A stretch of 64,000 nt of DNA, from assembly GCA_026416845.1 (NCBI GenBank), contig JAOAEL010000006.1, forward strand, positions 390 to 64,389, written 5' to 3'. Below, piece by piece: positions 1 through 10,149 of this stretch. Positions within the stretch are counted from its first letter, which is position 1; each line of letters starts with the position of its first letter. The notes under the pieces were generated by a model. It saw only the letters and a list, made by a program, of their open reading frames with translations, made no database searches and was not told where the DNA came from. Made by a program: the position numbers and the translations under genes. This stretch comes from Patescibacteria group bacterium. Its GTDB lineage: Bacteria; Patescibacteriota; Microgenomatia; UBA8517.

Positions 1-37
1 GCCGCTAGCGTTCGTCCTGGGCCAGGATCAAACCCTC
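1..37 (-). rRNA. rrs: 16S rRNA, 5' end only (gene continues beyond left window edge)
   Basis: Reverse complement of 1-37 is gagggtttgatcctggcccaggacgaacgctagcggc, matching the universal 16S 5' end (AGAGTTTGATCMTGGCTCAG GAYGAACGCTGGCGGC) with a few substitutions. Confidence 0.7.
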
Positions 38-466
38 ACATTAGCAAGAATTTATCTCAAAAATGAGAAAATTCTTTGGCTTCCAGTCACATTTTGGATG
101 GCAAGCTTTTAATTCAGCTTGCAAACAAAATGTGTTCTAAACCTTCTTAAGAATTTTTAAGGTGCAAGATCAAGACTGACTAAAGATTATCGAACTCTTA
201 AATTTACTTAAATTTTTTAGAGAGGTTTAAAAAAACAAAACATACCAAGCTAACAAAAACAACTTAGGTAAACAGCTTTTATTAGCTTGTATAGTAGGAA
301 TTGTACATCAAAAAACAAAACTTTACAACCACTAAAACTTACAAGACACAGTACAAAAGAAATACAATAAAGTAAACTATATTAAAGAAGAAATAATTTT
401 TTTTTAAAAGTACAAATTTTTAATTATTAATAAACAAAACAAAATACAAGACATAACAAAACTACT

Positions 467-1195
467 TTAACTGTTCCATTTTTTAAACCATTCTTCAAAA
501 CCGTCATCATTACCATGTTCTTCAATATACTTTTCTCTTGCTCTCTTTCTTACTTCTTCTTTCAAATGATCTATATTTTTTTGTTGAGCTTCTGTAATTC
601 TACCTTCCTCCGCAGCCATTTGTTCTTCGTCTCGAGGGACAGTTATACCTGATTCACCACTATCGCCACCATCGGTTTCATAACTTCCACCTCCAGCCCA
701 ATCCACAACACCTCCTGCTTTTTCGGCTTCAAGAAGTTTTTTATAAACACCTTCTCCAGCAACAATTAACGTGCTAGCTTCTACTATATTCAAGCCTGCA
801 TATCCAACAGTTAAAACTTTTTCAACTGCTGGCAAAGACTTTTCCGGTATTATAACTCCCATTTTTCGCCAAAACTCTATTTGTTTTTCAGCTCGCTTTC
901 TTGCTCCTTCCCAAACTGCTTCTCCTAAACTTTTTTCTGACTGACCGGCAGCTGCTTCCATAACAGGATTAGAAGTATCTGGCAATCCTCCTCCTTCCCT
1001 AATTTTTTCTTGGTAGATTCTGCCAAAAGCAACAGTTATATAACCTGGCAGATTTTTTAATGCTAAAAGTGGATCTTTTCTTTCTTTTTCGCTCAAAGGC
1101 ATATGAGATATGCCTTTTGTGGGATCTTCTCTTTGGGAATCTTGTGAAAATTGTTGTATCAAACCTTGCCCACTTTTTTCTAAAGAGTCTTCCAT
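467..1195 (-). CDS. hypothetical protein (acidic, G/E-rich C-terminus); start chosen at internal Met MEDSLEKSG
   Basis: Long minus-strand ORF (467..1252 in track); coherent non-low-complexity translation; no family recognised. Confidence 0.45.
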   Translation of the reverse strand: MEDSLEKSGQGLIQQFSQDSQREDPTKGISHMPLSEKERKDPLLALKNLPGYITVAFGRIYQEKIREGGGLPDTSNPVMEAAAGQSEKSLGEAVWEGARKRAEKQIEFWRKMGVIIPEKSLPAVEKVLTVGYAGLNIVEASTLIVAGEGVYKKLLEAEKAGGVVDWAGGGSYETDGGDSGESGITVPRDEEQMAAEEGRITEAQQKNIDHLKEEVRKRAREKYIEEHGNDDGFEEWFKKWNS

Positions 1196-1398
1196 AAACA
1201 AGCCTATTTTCGTAAAAAATTTCAAAAAAGTCAATAATTGAAATATACACAATTATCTTAATTGCAAAATTGCAAAGTAGTATATCTTCAAACAAATCAA
1301 ACTTACAAAACAAAACGCATATAACAACAAAGATTATTAAAAAATTTTGTTTGGATACGCATCTAGACCAGGGGGATCAACAAAATTTGGCAATTTTT

Positions 1399-2244
1399 CT
1401 ACTTCCAATTCACCTGCGAAGTAGTCACGATTTCTTTCCATGGACCATCAGGAACATCTTCCTCGTCTACAAATTGCCAATCAACTTTGTTTTCGGCGTT
1501 ATTGATCCCATTAAATTTAAGACAATCGCGCAATGCGGGAGAAACATCCATGCCGGCATTGTTTGCCAATTTATTTTTGGGAGGTTTTCCTCCAAACACA
1601 TATTCGTGATCATCATATTCGTAAGGACCAGCGTCTTGTATCTGTCCATAGCAAGTGATGCCATCTTTGGAAATTTTTACCCATCTGTTTTTCATCATAG
1701 ACTCGCGCTCTCCCCAAACTTTTTCTTTTGCCCACGGGACAACTTTGTAAGCATTGTCTTTTCTTTTGCCATTCCAATCAAAATCATTATAAGGAAGATC
1801 CAAATAGAAAGGATTCTGCAAAGGTTTAAAACCTGCGGGATAGTATCCATTTCTATTTATCGGATCGTCATAACCACCATAATTTTTAAGCCATTCATCA
1901 TCCCATGCGGATATTGAATTATCCTCGCTTGATCCATTTCCAACTGGTTCTCCCACCCAAAACACTGTAGCGGTTATTCCTTTGTGAACTGGATATTTCG
2001 ATTTCGGCAAAAACTGGTCAGTATTGGTAGGAGATATAGTTGAGCTATAATTATTTTCTTTCTCTATCATTTCGTTGTCAAAATTGGTTTTTTCATAACT
2101 TTCAATCAATTGTCTGTCAAGCTGTAAATTATTTTGGGCAACTAAACTTTTTGAAAACACGTACAACAAAAAAGCAAAAATAAAAACTAAAACAAGCAAA
2201 ACAAAAAGCAATGCAATAAGTGTAAATCCATTTTTGTTAATCAC
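1399..2244 (-). CDS. secreted/membrane protein with prepilin-type (type IV pilin-like) N-terminus
   Basis: N-terminus MINKNG|FTLIALLFVLLVLVFIFAFLL resembles the class III signal peptide (G|FTLIE then ~20 hydrophobic residues), but with Ala instead of Glu at +5; C-terminal domain rich in W/Y/G/D/N, family unknown. Confidence 0.6.
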   Translation of the reverse strand: MINKNGFTLIALLFVLLVLVFIFAFLLYVFSKSLVAQNNLQLDRQLIESYEKTNFDNEMIEKENNYSSTISPTNTDQFLPKSKYPVHKGITATVFWVGEPVGNGSSEDNSISAWDDEWLKNYGGYDDPINRNGYYPAGFKPLQNPFYLDLPYNDFDWNGKRKDNAYKVVPWAKEKVWGERESMMKNRWVKISKDGITCYGQIQDAGPYEYDDHEYVFGGKPPKNKLANNAGMDVSPALRDCLKFNGINNAENKVDWQFVDEEDVPDGPWKEIVTTSQVNWK

Positions 2245-2260
2245 AATCTAACAATAGCGC

Positions 2261-3217
2261 TTAAGTAAAAGATTGTAAAATCAAAAGCATTTCTTTGGAA
2301 TCTTTGGCGTTCATTAACTTCTCGCGGAGGCTGGATGCTCCGTCAAATCCCTTGATGTACATTTTGCAAAATTTTTTTAGAGTTGAGAAATTTTTTGTCT
2401 TACCCCAAGTTTTATCAAATATATCAATATGCTTTTTTAATAAATCAAAATATTCCTTTTTATCCCTTTGGATTTTTTCAATTTGCTTTTCAAAAACCCA
2501 AGGATCATGAAATATCCCCCTGCCAATCATCACTCCGTCCACATGATGCTTATCATACATTGTCAAAACTTGCGAGTAGCTTAAAATATCGCCATTGCCA
2601 ACAATTATTGTGCTTGGCGATACTTTGTTTTTAATCTCAACAGCTTTGCCAATCTCGTCCCAATTCGCAGATCCCTCACTCATCTGGATAGCAGTGCGAC
2701 CATGAATGGTAAGAGCATCAAGCCCTTGTTTTAACAAAAAACTTATCCACTCATTTGTTTGTATTTTGTTGAAACCAAGCCTTGTTTTTACGCTTACGGG
2801 TATTTTTTTTGCTCCGCTTCGCACTGCCGCGATTATTCTTGCAGTTTTTTCAAAATCAAGTATGCAACCAGCGCCAGCGCCTTTTTTTACAACTTTTCTG
2901 TCAGGGCAACCCATATTTATATCCACACCATCAAATCCCAAGTCAAAAACTATTTTTGCCGCTTTTTTTAGATTATCAGGATTAATACCCCAAATCTGAG
3001 CCACTATTGGACGATGAGAATCGCTGTACAAAAATTTTTTCAAAACACTTTTTCTGCCGGCACTTACCAACCCTTCAGCGTTTGTAAATTCTGTAAAAAA
3101 CACATCAGGACGTGGCAAATAATTTGTCACAAGTTCCCTAAAGGCGTAATCGGTAACATCATCCATCGGAGCCAAAACAGTGAATGGCTTGGTAAGTCTG
3201 GTCCAGAAATTTGACAT
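2261..3217 (-). CDS. dus: tRNA-dihydrouridine synthase
   Basis: Dus family signatures: LAPMDDVTDYAFR near N-terminus, DINMGCP active-site region, IHGRT, TIM-barrel-length 318 aa. Confidence 0.9.
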   Translation of the reverse strand: MSNFWTRLTKPFTVLAPMDDVTDYAFRELVTNYLPRPDVFFTEFTNAEGLVSAGRKSVLKKFLYSDSHRPIVAQIWGINPDNLKKAAKIVFDLGFDGVDINMGCPDRKVVKKGAGAGCILDFEKTARIIAAVRSGAKKIPVSVKTRLGFNKIQTNEWISFLLKQGLDALTIHGRTAIQMSEGSANWDEIGKAVEIKNKVSPSTIIVGNGDILSYSQVLTMYDKHHVDGVMIGRGIFHDPWVFEKQIEKIQRDKKEYFDLLKKHIDIFDKTWGKTKNFSTLKKFCKMYIKGFDGASSLREKLMNAKDSKEMLLILQSFT

Positions 3218-3871
3218 TGGGTAATTATACTAATTCAAATCACTTTTGTTTTAAAATACGGCAAAAGAATAAAGCTCAACAAGACCAAATCAAAAAACTA
3301 AATCATAAAAGAAATAAACTACACTGCTAAAACAGCATAAAGAAATTTTCATCCAAACAAAAATTACCAAAAATAATACAACAAACTAAAATAAAAATAC
3401 CAACAATTTTGAAATTAGATTTCATCAATATCCCTTACCGGTACATGGCCATTTTGTTCTGGCCCTACAGGAATAACAACACCATCTCTTTCTGCATCTT
3501 CTGGAGTTTTATAACATTCCTGATCATCTTCATTGTCATTGTCATTTTCATTGTCATAAGTTTTTTCATTTTTTTCAACAAATCAAAAAAAATCAACTAA
3601 GCCAAACATCTACCAATACCTAAACGACAGATGTAAAAAAAATTCAGGTGTAAACAAGTTTGTGCAGGAACCAGGTATTTGCACAGCTGCCCAACCACTT
3701 ACTTATTCCAAATAATTCATTCAATCATTTCAAAACATGCAACAATCTAAGATATTTGGCAAGCACAATTTCAATGTACAACATCATCAACAAAAGTATC
3801 TCTTTACTTTACTTTACTTTATATTTAGAACTTGCATATAGCAAGCTTGATCCTATATAAAAAAGCTTCTT

Positions 3872-4534
3872 CTAACAATTTGAAGAAATCAAAGCTTCTT
3901 TTACAAACATCTTTGCTTGATCTAATGTGTAACTAAATTGGTCATCTATATTTTCAATAACAATAAACGATTGTGAATCACTTTTTTTGGCTATGTTCAA
4001 AAATTCTTCTTGGACTTGATTAATAAAAGCAAGACTTTCAGGAGATACTTTGTCCCCTCTGCCACGCAACCTTTGTTCAATTTGACTTATTGGTGAACTA
4101 AGACAAATCGTTAAATCAGGAAAACCAATTGGTGAAAATATATCTGCAATCCACTTGTTCCAATCTATCAAGTTTCCATAACTACTTCTCAATCGCATAC
4201 CTTGATATACAAAGAAAGAATAAATACCTCTATCAGAAATCAAAAAATTTTTCTGATTAGAAAAAGTTATCCTGCTTAATATTTCCTGTTGCAACATAAA
4301 ATCAGATCCCAAAATTAATGTTTCAGCTATAGGTATATGAAAATTATCACCTAACATAAAGAAAGTTTTGTCTTTTATTACATCTTTAATCAATTTGCCT
4401 ACAAGGGAAGAAGAAAACTCATCGTTCATCACAAACTCTATTCCCGAGTACTCAGTCCTTAGCCATGAAGACAGTTCACAAGCTAATCGTGTTTTTCCTA
4501 CAGCATCAGTTCCTTCAATTGCCAACCACTGCAT
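3872..4534 (-). CDS. tmk: thymidylate kinase (dTMP kinase)
   Basis: P-loop IEGTDAVGKT (dTMP kinase IEGxDGAGKTT pattern) and ~210 aa length; start moved to Met preceding the P-loop (track ORF extends to 4603). Confidence 0.75.
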   Translation of the reverse strand: MQWLAIEGTDAVGKTRLACELSSWLRTEYSGIEFVMNDEFSSSLVGKLIKDVIKDKTFFMLGDNFHIPIAETLILGSDFMLQQEILSRITFSNQKNFLISDRGIYSFFVYQGMRLRSSYGNLIDWNKWIADIFSPIGFPDLTICLSSPISQIEQRLRGRGDKVSPESLAFINQVQEEFLNIAKKSDSQSFIVIENIDDQFSYTLDQAKMFVKEALISSNC

Positions 4535-4905
4535 TTTTCTTATGCCTCTTTGTAGTTGACATTTCTTTTTCATATTAAAAATTGGTTTACAAAATTTTAA
4601 CAATTTTAGGTTCGTTTTTTTACTATTAATCTAAAACTTAACACTTAACCGGGTTTTAACAAAAATTTATCCGAAATATCAGGCCTGTTAAATTTATAAT
4701 CAAGAATAATTTACTTTCTTTATATCTTTAAATTAATTATTTCATACGCTAAAACAAAATTTTTAAATTGATAAGCATTTCTTGTGGTAAAACTCTATGT
4801 GTTTGACTCAATGCTTTTCTATCAGGAAATAAATCTTCAATTTTCTTTAATGTGGTTTTCTCTCTTAATTTTTTATATAATTCTAAAGTAAAATTTTGAA
4901 GTTTT

Positions 4906-5343
4906 ATGACAAATAAACCTATTATTCAAAAAATTGTCTTAGCCGGCATTGTTTTTAACAAACAAGGAAAAGTCCTTGTCCTCCAAAGAAACGAAAACGA
5001 AAACACCCATCCTGGAATGTGGGAACTTCCCAGTGGCAAAAGGGAATTTCTTGAATCTTCACACAACGCACTAACTAGAGAAATTAAAGAAGAAACAGGT
5101 TTAGACATTGAAGTCGTACAACCTTGTTCCGTTTTTGAATACAAAATTGAAAAGCCTAACGAAATCAGAGACTCAACTCAAATTAACTTTATTGTAACAT
5201 CAGAGGTCTCAGAAGTAAGATTAAGCGAGGAACATCAAAATTATGCTTGGATCTCCAAAAATGAAATAAATAGATACAAAATGTCTGTTGAAACAAAAGA
5301 AGCAATACAATTGGCTTTTGACCTATACTCAAAAATTTTATAA
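4906..5343 (+). CDS. NUDIX hydrolase
   Basis: Nudix box GKREFLESSHNALTREIKEETGL (Gx5Ex7REUxEExGU). Confidence 0.85.
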   Translation: MTNKPIIQKIVLAGIVFNKQGKVLVLQRNENENTHPGMWELPSGKREFLESSHNALTREIKEETGLDIEVVQPCSVFEYKIEKPNEIRDSTQINFIVTSEVSEVRLSEEHQNYAWISKNEINRYKMSVETKEAIQLAFDLYSKIL

Positions 5344-5345
5344 AA

Positions 5346-5906
5346 ATGAAAATTCTTCTTGAATTTTCCCGAAGTGGACTTCCCATTTATAGAAAATACA
5401 TAGAGCTCATCCGCAATTATATTCTCCAAAACGGACATAAATTGGTAACAGACTTATTAAAAGAAACTAACAATCAGGGCCAAAATGATTTGCCTAAAGA
5501 AGTGTTTTCTAAAATATCACGATCAATATCACAAGCTCAATGTGTAATTATCGAAGCTTCTGAAGTAAGTCTCAGTCTTGGTTATATCCTGACAAAAGCT
5601 ATATCACTTGGCAAGCCTGTGTTATTACTTAGACATAAAGAATCCAACCTGAAAAAAAGCAGATTTGCAGAATCAATAAAATCTAAATTACTAAAAGTTA
5701 GCATGTATGCCAATAATGAAGAACTTTTAGAAAGTCTGATTTACTTTTTAAATCAAAACAAAAATATTAAAACTCGATTCAATTTGGTAATGACAAATGA
5801 AATCGACAGTTTTGTAACTCAAGAAAGTAAAGAAAAAAACATATCAAAAACCAAGTATATAATTGACTTGATCAAAAAAAGCATGAAAGAAAAAAAGAAA
5901 AATTAA
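5346..5906 (+). CDS. hypothetical protein, nucleoside 2-deoxyribosyltransferase-like fold (tentative)
   Basis: AQCVIIEASEVSLSLGYILTKAISLGKPVLLL resembles the NDT family core (…D.vvA.ld…sG…E.GyA.algKPv…); assignment tentative. Confidence 0.45.
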   Translation: MKILLEFSRSGLPIYRKYIELIRNYILQNGHKLVTDLLKETNNQGQNDLPKEVFSKISRSISQAQCVIIEASEVSLSLGYILTKAISLGKPVLLLRHKESNLKKSRFAESIKSKLLKVSMYANNEELLESLIYFLNQNKNIKTRFNLVMTNEIDSFVTQESKEKNISKTKYIIDLIKKSMKEKKKN

Positions 5907-5917
5907 GGTATTTGTTT

Positions 5918-6367
5918 TTAATTTATAAAATTTATAACCTGAGAAAATAATATTTGAAACTCATGCAAACCACACTGAGGACATGAACCATGAACAAGAT
6001 CAGGAATAAAATCACATCCTAAATTTTTCTGTATTCTTGATATAAAATCAGACATTTGTAACCTAATTTCCTTTTTCAATTTTTCGGCAAGATTCGCATC
6101 TCTTAGCACTATGGCAATACATGGCGCAGACGACATATGATTATAGTAACTCTCTGCCCAAGGAAAATGCCCAATAGCCTCTTGCCACAATTTTCGAGCG
6201 GTCTCTCTATCTAAAATAAGCTGAAAAACAAATAAAGTTTTACCATACGATTCAACCAGATTTTTAAGCCGATCCTTATCCGCTTCTGGTAAAAAATTAA
6301 ATTCAGGTTTGAATAACAAAATAGAAACCTCAAAGTCATTTGGTCTTTCATATCTTCTTTCCAACAT
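5918..6367 (-). CDS. nucleoside-diphosphate kinase-like protein (divergent, tentative)
   Basis: 149 aa; ERPNDFEVSILLFKPEF..., SSAPCIAIVLRDANLAEKL and DLVHGSCP align by eye with NDK blocks (ERTFSIIKPDAV / SGPVVAMVFEG / NxxHGSD). Confidence 0.45.
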   Translation of the reverse strand: MLERRYERPNDFEVSILLFKPEFNFLPEADKDRLKNLVESYGKTLFVFQLILDRETARKLWQEAIGHFPWAESYYNHMSSAPCIAIVLRDANLAEKLKKEIRLQMSDFISRIQKNLGCDFIPDLVHGSCPQCGLHEFQILFSQVINFIN

Positions 6368-6368
6368 A

Positions 6369-7583
6369 TTAATTTGCTATTAAGTGTCTCTTAACAACTT
6401 TTTCTATAATGGCAGCGTACTCATCTAAAACCGCTTTGTATCTTTTATTCTCATAAATGTCTATTGGTAATTTAATTGTTTGATCAAAAAACTGTTCAGC
6501 ACACGGAAAATCACCAATTTTATAACTGACTAAGCTCGTATATTCAGGATAAAGCAAACTCGGATCCTGAAATAATTTCAACATATTAAGTGGACAAGTA
6601 GAACTGGGCTTATCGGCATCCAATAAACCTTCCTTTACCAGCTCTTTGCAAATATCATCAGTTGATATATCAAAACAGCCACTGTTAAATTGAATTGTAT
6701 AAGCATACCAACTTGGATAAAAACCATCACATATGACAGGTATTTTTATGCCTGGTACATCTTTCAACAAAGAAGATAAATATTTAGCATTATTGTTTTT
6801 GGCTTTCAGCCATCGATCTAAATGATCAAATTGTTCATCAGCTATAGCGATGGCTAAAGGGTGTGCTCTTAACTTTAATCCAAAACCAGTAACTGCATAA
6901 GCATAATACGGCGAAGACTGGTTAATTTCCTGCTTGCATCTTTTATTGTAATGCCCAAAAAGAACAGCCCGATCATAGAGTTCTTTATTATTTGTAATAA
7001 TAATACCACCTTCACCTCCAGTAATAATTTTTTGTCCTTGCAAACTAAATGCTGCAATATCGCCAAAAGTACCAACATTTTTGTTTCCTATTTTTGCCCC
7101 GTGAGCATGCGAACAATCTTCAATTAACATTAGCTTATGTTTTTGACAGATACTCAATATTTCCTCCATGTCACAAGGAATACCCCACATATGAGTAACA
7201 ATTAAAGCTTTAGTTCTAGGAGTAATTAAAGGCTCAATTTTCTTAGGATCAATATTGCCATTTTCCTTTGAGTCACATAAAATGGGAATCGCTCCTGTCT
7301 GAAAAATCGGGGTAACAGTAGCATAAAAAGTATATGCTGGGCATATAACTTCATCTCCTTTTCTAAATCCACAAGCTACCATAGCGCTATGTAAAGCTGC
7401 AGTTCCGGAACTTGTAAGCAAAGCGTATTTACTCTTATGATAACAAGCAAACTTGTTTTCAAATTTCTCAAAAATTCCGGAACGATCATAGATTGAAATT
7501 TCTCCCTTTTCAAGCTCTTTAAGAACAGCTTTAATCGTTCTTTTGGTAATTTTAGGCCAAATATGTTTGTAACTTTTTTTCAT
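6369..7583 (-). CDS. DegT/DnrJ/EryC1/StrS family PLP-dependent sugar aminotransferase
   Basis: 404 aa; SSGTAALH, DEVICPAYTF, FSLQGQKIITGGEGG (PLP-Lys region) typical of the DegT family. Confidence 0.9.
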   Translation of the reverse strand: MKKSYKHIWPKITKRTIKAVLKELEKGEISIYDRSGIFEKFENKFACYHKSKYALLTSSGTAALHSAMVACGFRKGDEVICPAYTFYATVTPIFQTGAIPILCDSKENGNIDPKKIEPLITPRTKALIVTHMWGIPCDMEEILSICQKHKLMLIEDCSHAHGAKIGNKNVGTFGDIAAFSLQGQKIITGGEGGIIITNNKELYDRAVLFGHYNKRCKQEINQSSPYYAYAVTGFGLKLRAHPLAIAIADEQFDHLDRWLKAKNNNAKYLSSLLKDVPGIKIPVICDGFYPSWYAYTIQFNSGCFDISTDDICKELVKEGLLDADKPSSTCPLNMLKLFQDPSLLYPEYTSLVSYKIGDFPCAEQFFDQTIKLPIDIYENKRYKAVLDEYAAIIEKVVKRHLIAN

Positions 7584-7587
7584 AATT

Positions 7588-8574
7588 TCAGCTTGATGCT
7601 ACCTTATAACAACGATCAATAAACTCCATATTCTTTTTATGTTGAGACAAAATATCAGAAAAGCATCTCTTCCCTCTAATGCGTTTTATAAAAAAATCCA
7701 ACTGGTTGTCTATCATCTCTGAACTTTCATCAATACTTAAGTTAAGTAAAACATTGCCTTTTTTATCTCGAAGAACCAAAGACTTTTTATCACCATTGAT
7801 TTGCGCCTTTGATCCAACAAGTTCATATTCTTCTTTTTTCTCTGCTGTTGACCTAGATAATATTATTGATCCATGCAATCCGTTGCTATACTTAAAGGAA
7901 ATCAGGGAAGTGTCTTCGGCATATTCTTTAACTTTTGGAACTGCAAGATTAGATTTAGAAACAAAAATCTTTTCAGGTTCTCCAAACCACCATAACAACT
8001 GATCTATAATGTGATATCCCATATCAATTAAACATCCCCCACCAGCCTTTAAACTATTACCTCTCCAACCTTTATGCGGATCTTGAATTTTGAGTTTGTA
8101 GCATGCACTAAACAAATAAGGTTTACCTACCTGTCTAATAACTTTTCTGGCTTCTACGTATAAAGAACTATATCTTCTTTGACTACAAACAAAACAACAT
8201 TTCTCGATACCAGGCAAAGATAATATTTTCTTCATTTCTTCTATATTTCTGGCAAAAGGCTTTTCTTTGACAAAAGGAATTCCATTGGCAACAAGTATTT
8301 TGATAATCTCAAAATATTCATCGTGTGGAAGCGAAACAATAACAAAATCAATATCTGACAGTGGAATTTTTTCAAAATTTGTATATTTTTTTACATTTCT
8401 TGATAGTTCAGAATATTTATCACAAAAAAAATCTAAAGCCTGCTTCTTTACATCACACACCACAGAAATAATAACATCATTTCTTCTTAATAAAGAAGGT
8501 ATATGATCGTTAAAAGTTTGATTACCTAAACCAATAATAGCTGCCTTTAATAACTTGTCTTGTTTATTAATCAT
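7588..8574 (-). CDS. Gfo/Idh/MocA family NAD(P)-dependent oxidoreductase
   Basis: N-terminal Rossmann KAAIIGLGN…; EKP motif (FVKEKPFA); adjacent to and co-oriented with the sugar aminotransferase. Confidence 0.85.
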   Translation of the reverse strand: MINKQDKLLKAAIIGLGNQTFNDHIPSLLRRNDVIISVVCDVKKQALDFFCDKYSELSRNVKKYTNFEKIPLSDIDFVIVSLPHDEYFEIIKILVANGIPFVKEKPFARNIEEMKKILSLPGIEKCCFVCSQRRYSSLYVEARKVIRQVGKPYLFSACYKLKIQDPHKGWRGNSLKAGGGCLIDMGYHIIDQLLWWFGEPEKIFVSKSNLAVPKVKEYAEDTSLISFKYSNGLHGSIILSRSTAEKKEEYELVGSKAQINGDKKSLVLRDKKGNVLLNLSIDESSEMIDNQLDFFIKRIRGKRCFSDILSQHKKNMEFIDRCYKVASS

Positions 8575-9578
8575 GATGCGCAAAAGATGCGCATATATTA
8601 ACATTTAATAAAAGATAAATCAAACTTTACCAAATAAAGTAAAACTGCAATCCTTATTCCCTAACTTTCCCAAATTTTTTGAAAAAAACGCAAATAAATA
8701 TTTAAAATTTTCAAAACTCGGCCACAATCAACTAAGTAAGAAAACGAAAAAACAATAGAGAGTTAAAAAATATGAAGCCACTAAAAAAAAGTAATAACAA
8801 ATTGTAAAAAAATGCAATTACACAATAAACTAAATTTTGAATTTTTGATTTTCAAAATCCAACTAAAATGACTTATAAAAATTGCTAAATAGCAAAATAA
8901 TTAAAAGATAAAAAATATAAGCAAAAACAGCACGGTTGTATTTTTTAATAGATAATTTTTTTCTACAAGCATTTAGTTGTCCAACAACATGACAACAATT
9001 TTAGTCTTGAGTCAAAATTATCACAAAATCAAGTTGTTTAAAAATCGGTTTATAAAATTGCTCATAAAACACTTCTGGCTAAATAAAAAAAATTTATAGG
9101 TTGATAACCTTCTAATTTATCAACCTTTATACACCGAATAATTTTGTGTAAACGCTAATAAGGTATTTATTAAAGCATGAGTTAAACATCAAAATTTTTT
9201 GAGTTTATGTTCTTTTGAACCATTAAATACAATCGAAATTTTTAGTTCTAGATTTTTTTTGATTACAAAGAATTCAATCCTGCAAAATTCATTGACGGTT
9301 TTTATTTAAATTGTCATAACATACTACAATATTGATAGTTTTTTGGCCATTTTTATATTATCAAGTTTTAAACTTTTGTTAAAAAATCTGCAAAACCAAG
9401 TAAAATTGCAATTACAAAAATATTTGTCATCATTTAGCAACTATGGCAAAACTGTCAGATCGAAATTCTTTTTGAGTAATCGGCAAATTTCCGAAGTTTT
9501 CAAAAAAGCTAATTTGAGGTTCTTATAGCGAAGTCAGTTGCTATAGTCACTAACCATTCATAAATCTTTTCTTTTTAC

Positions 9579-9652
9579 TGGCTGCCCGGCAGGGACTCGA
9601 ACCCCAATTAAAGGCTCCAAAGGCCTCTGTCCTACCGTTAGACGACCGGGCA
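9579..9652 (-). tRNA. tRNA-Gln (anticodon UUG)
   Basis: Reverse complement TGCCCGGTCGTCTAACGGTAGGACAGAGGCCTTTGGAGCCTT…GGGGTTCGAGTCCC…CCGGGCAGCCA: U1-A72, D-arm typical of tRNA-Gln, anticodon loop CUUUGGA, T-loop TTCGAGT, CCA encoded. Confidence 0.7.
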
Positions 9653-9869
9653 ATGATATCGCCACTTACAACAAACAAACTTATTAGACTAAATTTTCGT
9701 GATCCTTCCTTAGAATTACAATTTAATTATTTAATTTACGAGAACTTACTCAAACAAAATATAAACTACTGAAGTATTTTAGCAGAATTGTATTTAATAA
9801 AAAATTGGTGACGTTTGTATTAAGTAGCTTAATTTCTGTCTACTTGTTAACACAGACAATCAAAATTTT

Positions 9870-9944
9870 GGTGAGCCCGGCAGGGATCGAACCTGCGACA
9901 GTCTCCTTAAAAGGGAGCCGCTCTACCGCTGAGCTACGGGCCCA
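9870..9944 (-). tRNA. tRNA-Lys (anticodon UUU)
   Basis: Reverse complement GGGCCCGTAGCTCAGCGGTAGAGCGGCTCCCTTTTAAGGAGACTGTCGCAGGTTCGATCCCTGCCGGGCTCACCA: anticodon loop CUUUUAA, T-loop TTCGATC, CCA encoded. Confidence 0.8.
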
Positions 9945-10149
9945 TTAATATAAAACTTAACACAAACAACAAAATCCTAAATTTATGCAAGTTCAAAAAC
10001 AAAATTTTTCCTAAAGTTTCCCGATATGACAAAAGAAAAACACTGACAAAGTATTTTATCACGCAAAACAAGCTTAAATCCACTATATTATTGCACTTTC
10101 ATTCATCAAAAAAGATATAATTATCTTAAGTGATCAAAAAAATTTTTTA

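Noticed and set aside
1270-1917. 215-aa plus-strand ORF rich in F/I/L
   Set aside because: Antisense to the better-supported prepilin-like gene 1399..2244; low-complexity composition typical of T-rich antisense frames.
2295-3214. Several 60-100-aa plus-strand ORFs inside dus
   Set aside because: Antisense to a strongly supported Dus gene; no motifs.
3409-3600. 63-aa ORF and a short cattgt/cattttcattgt tandem repeat in the dus-tmk intergenic region
   Set aside because: Low-complexity hydrophobic translation; the acidic minus-strand frame lacks a start codon; likely non-coding.
8834-8858. Short AT-only inverted repeat attttgaa…ttcaaaat
   Set aside because: AT-rich palindromes of this size are expected by chance in this composition.
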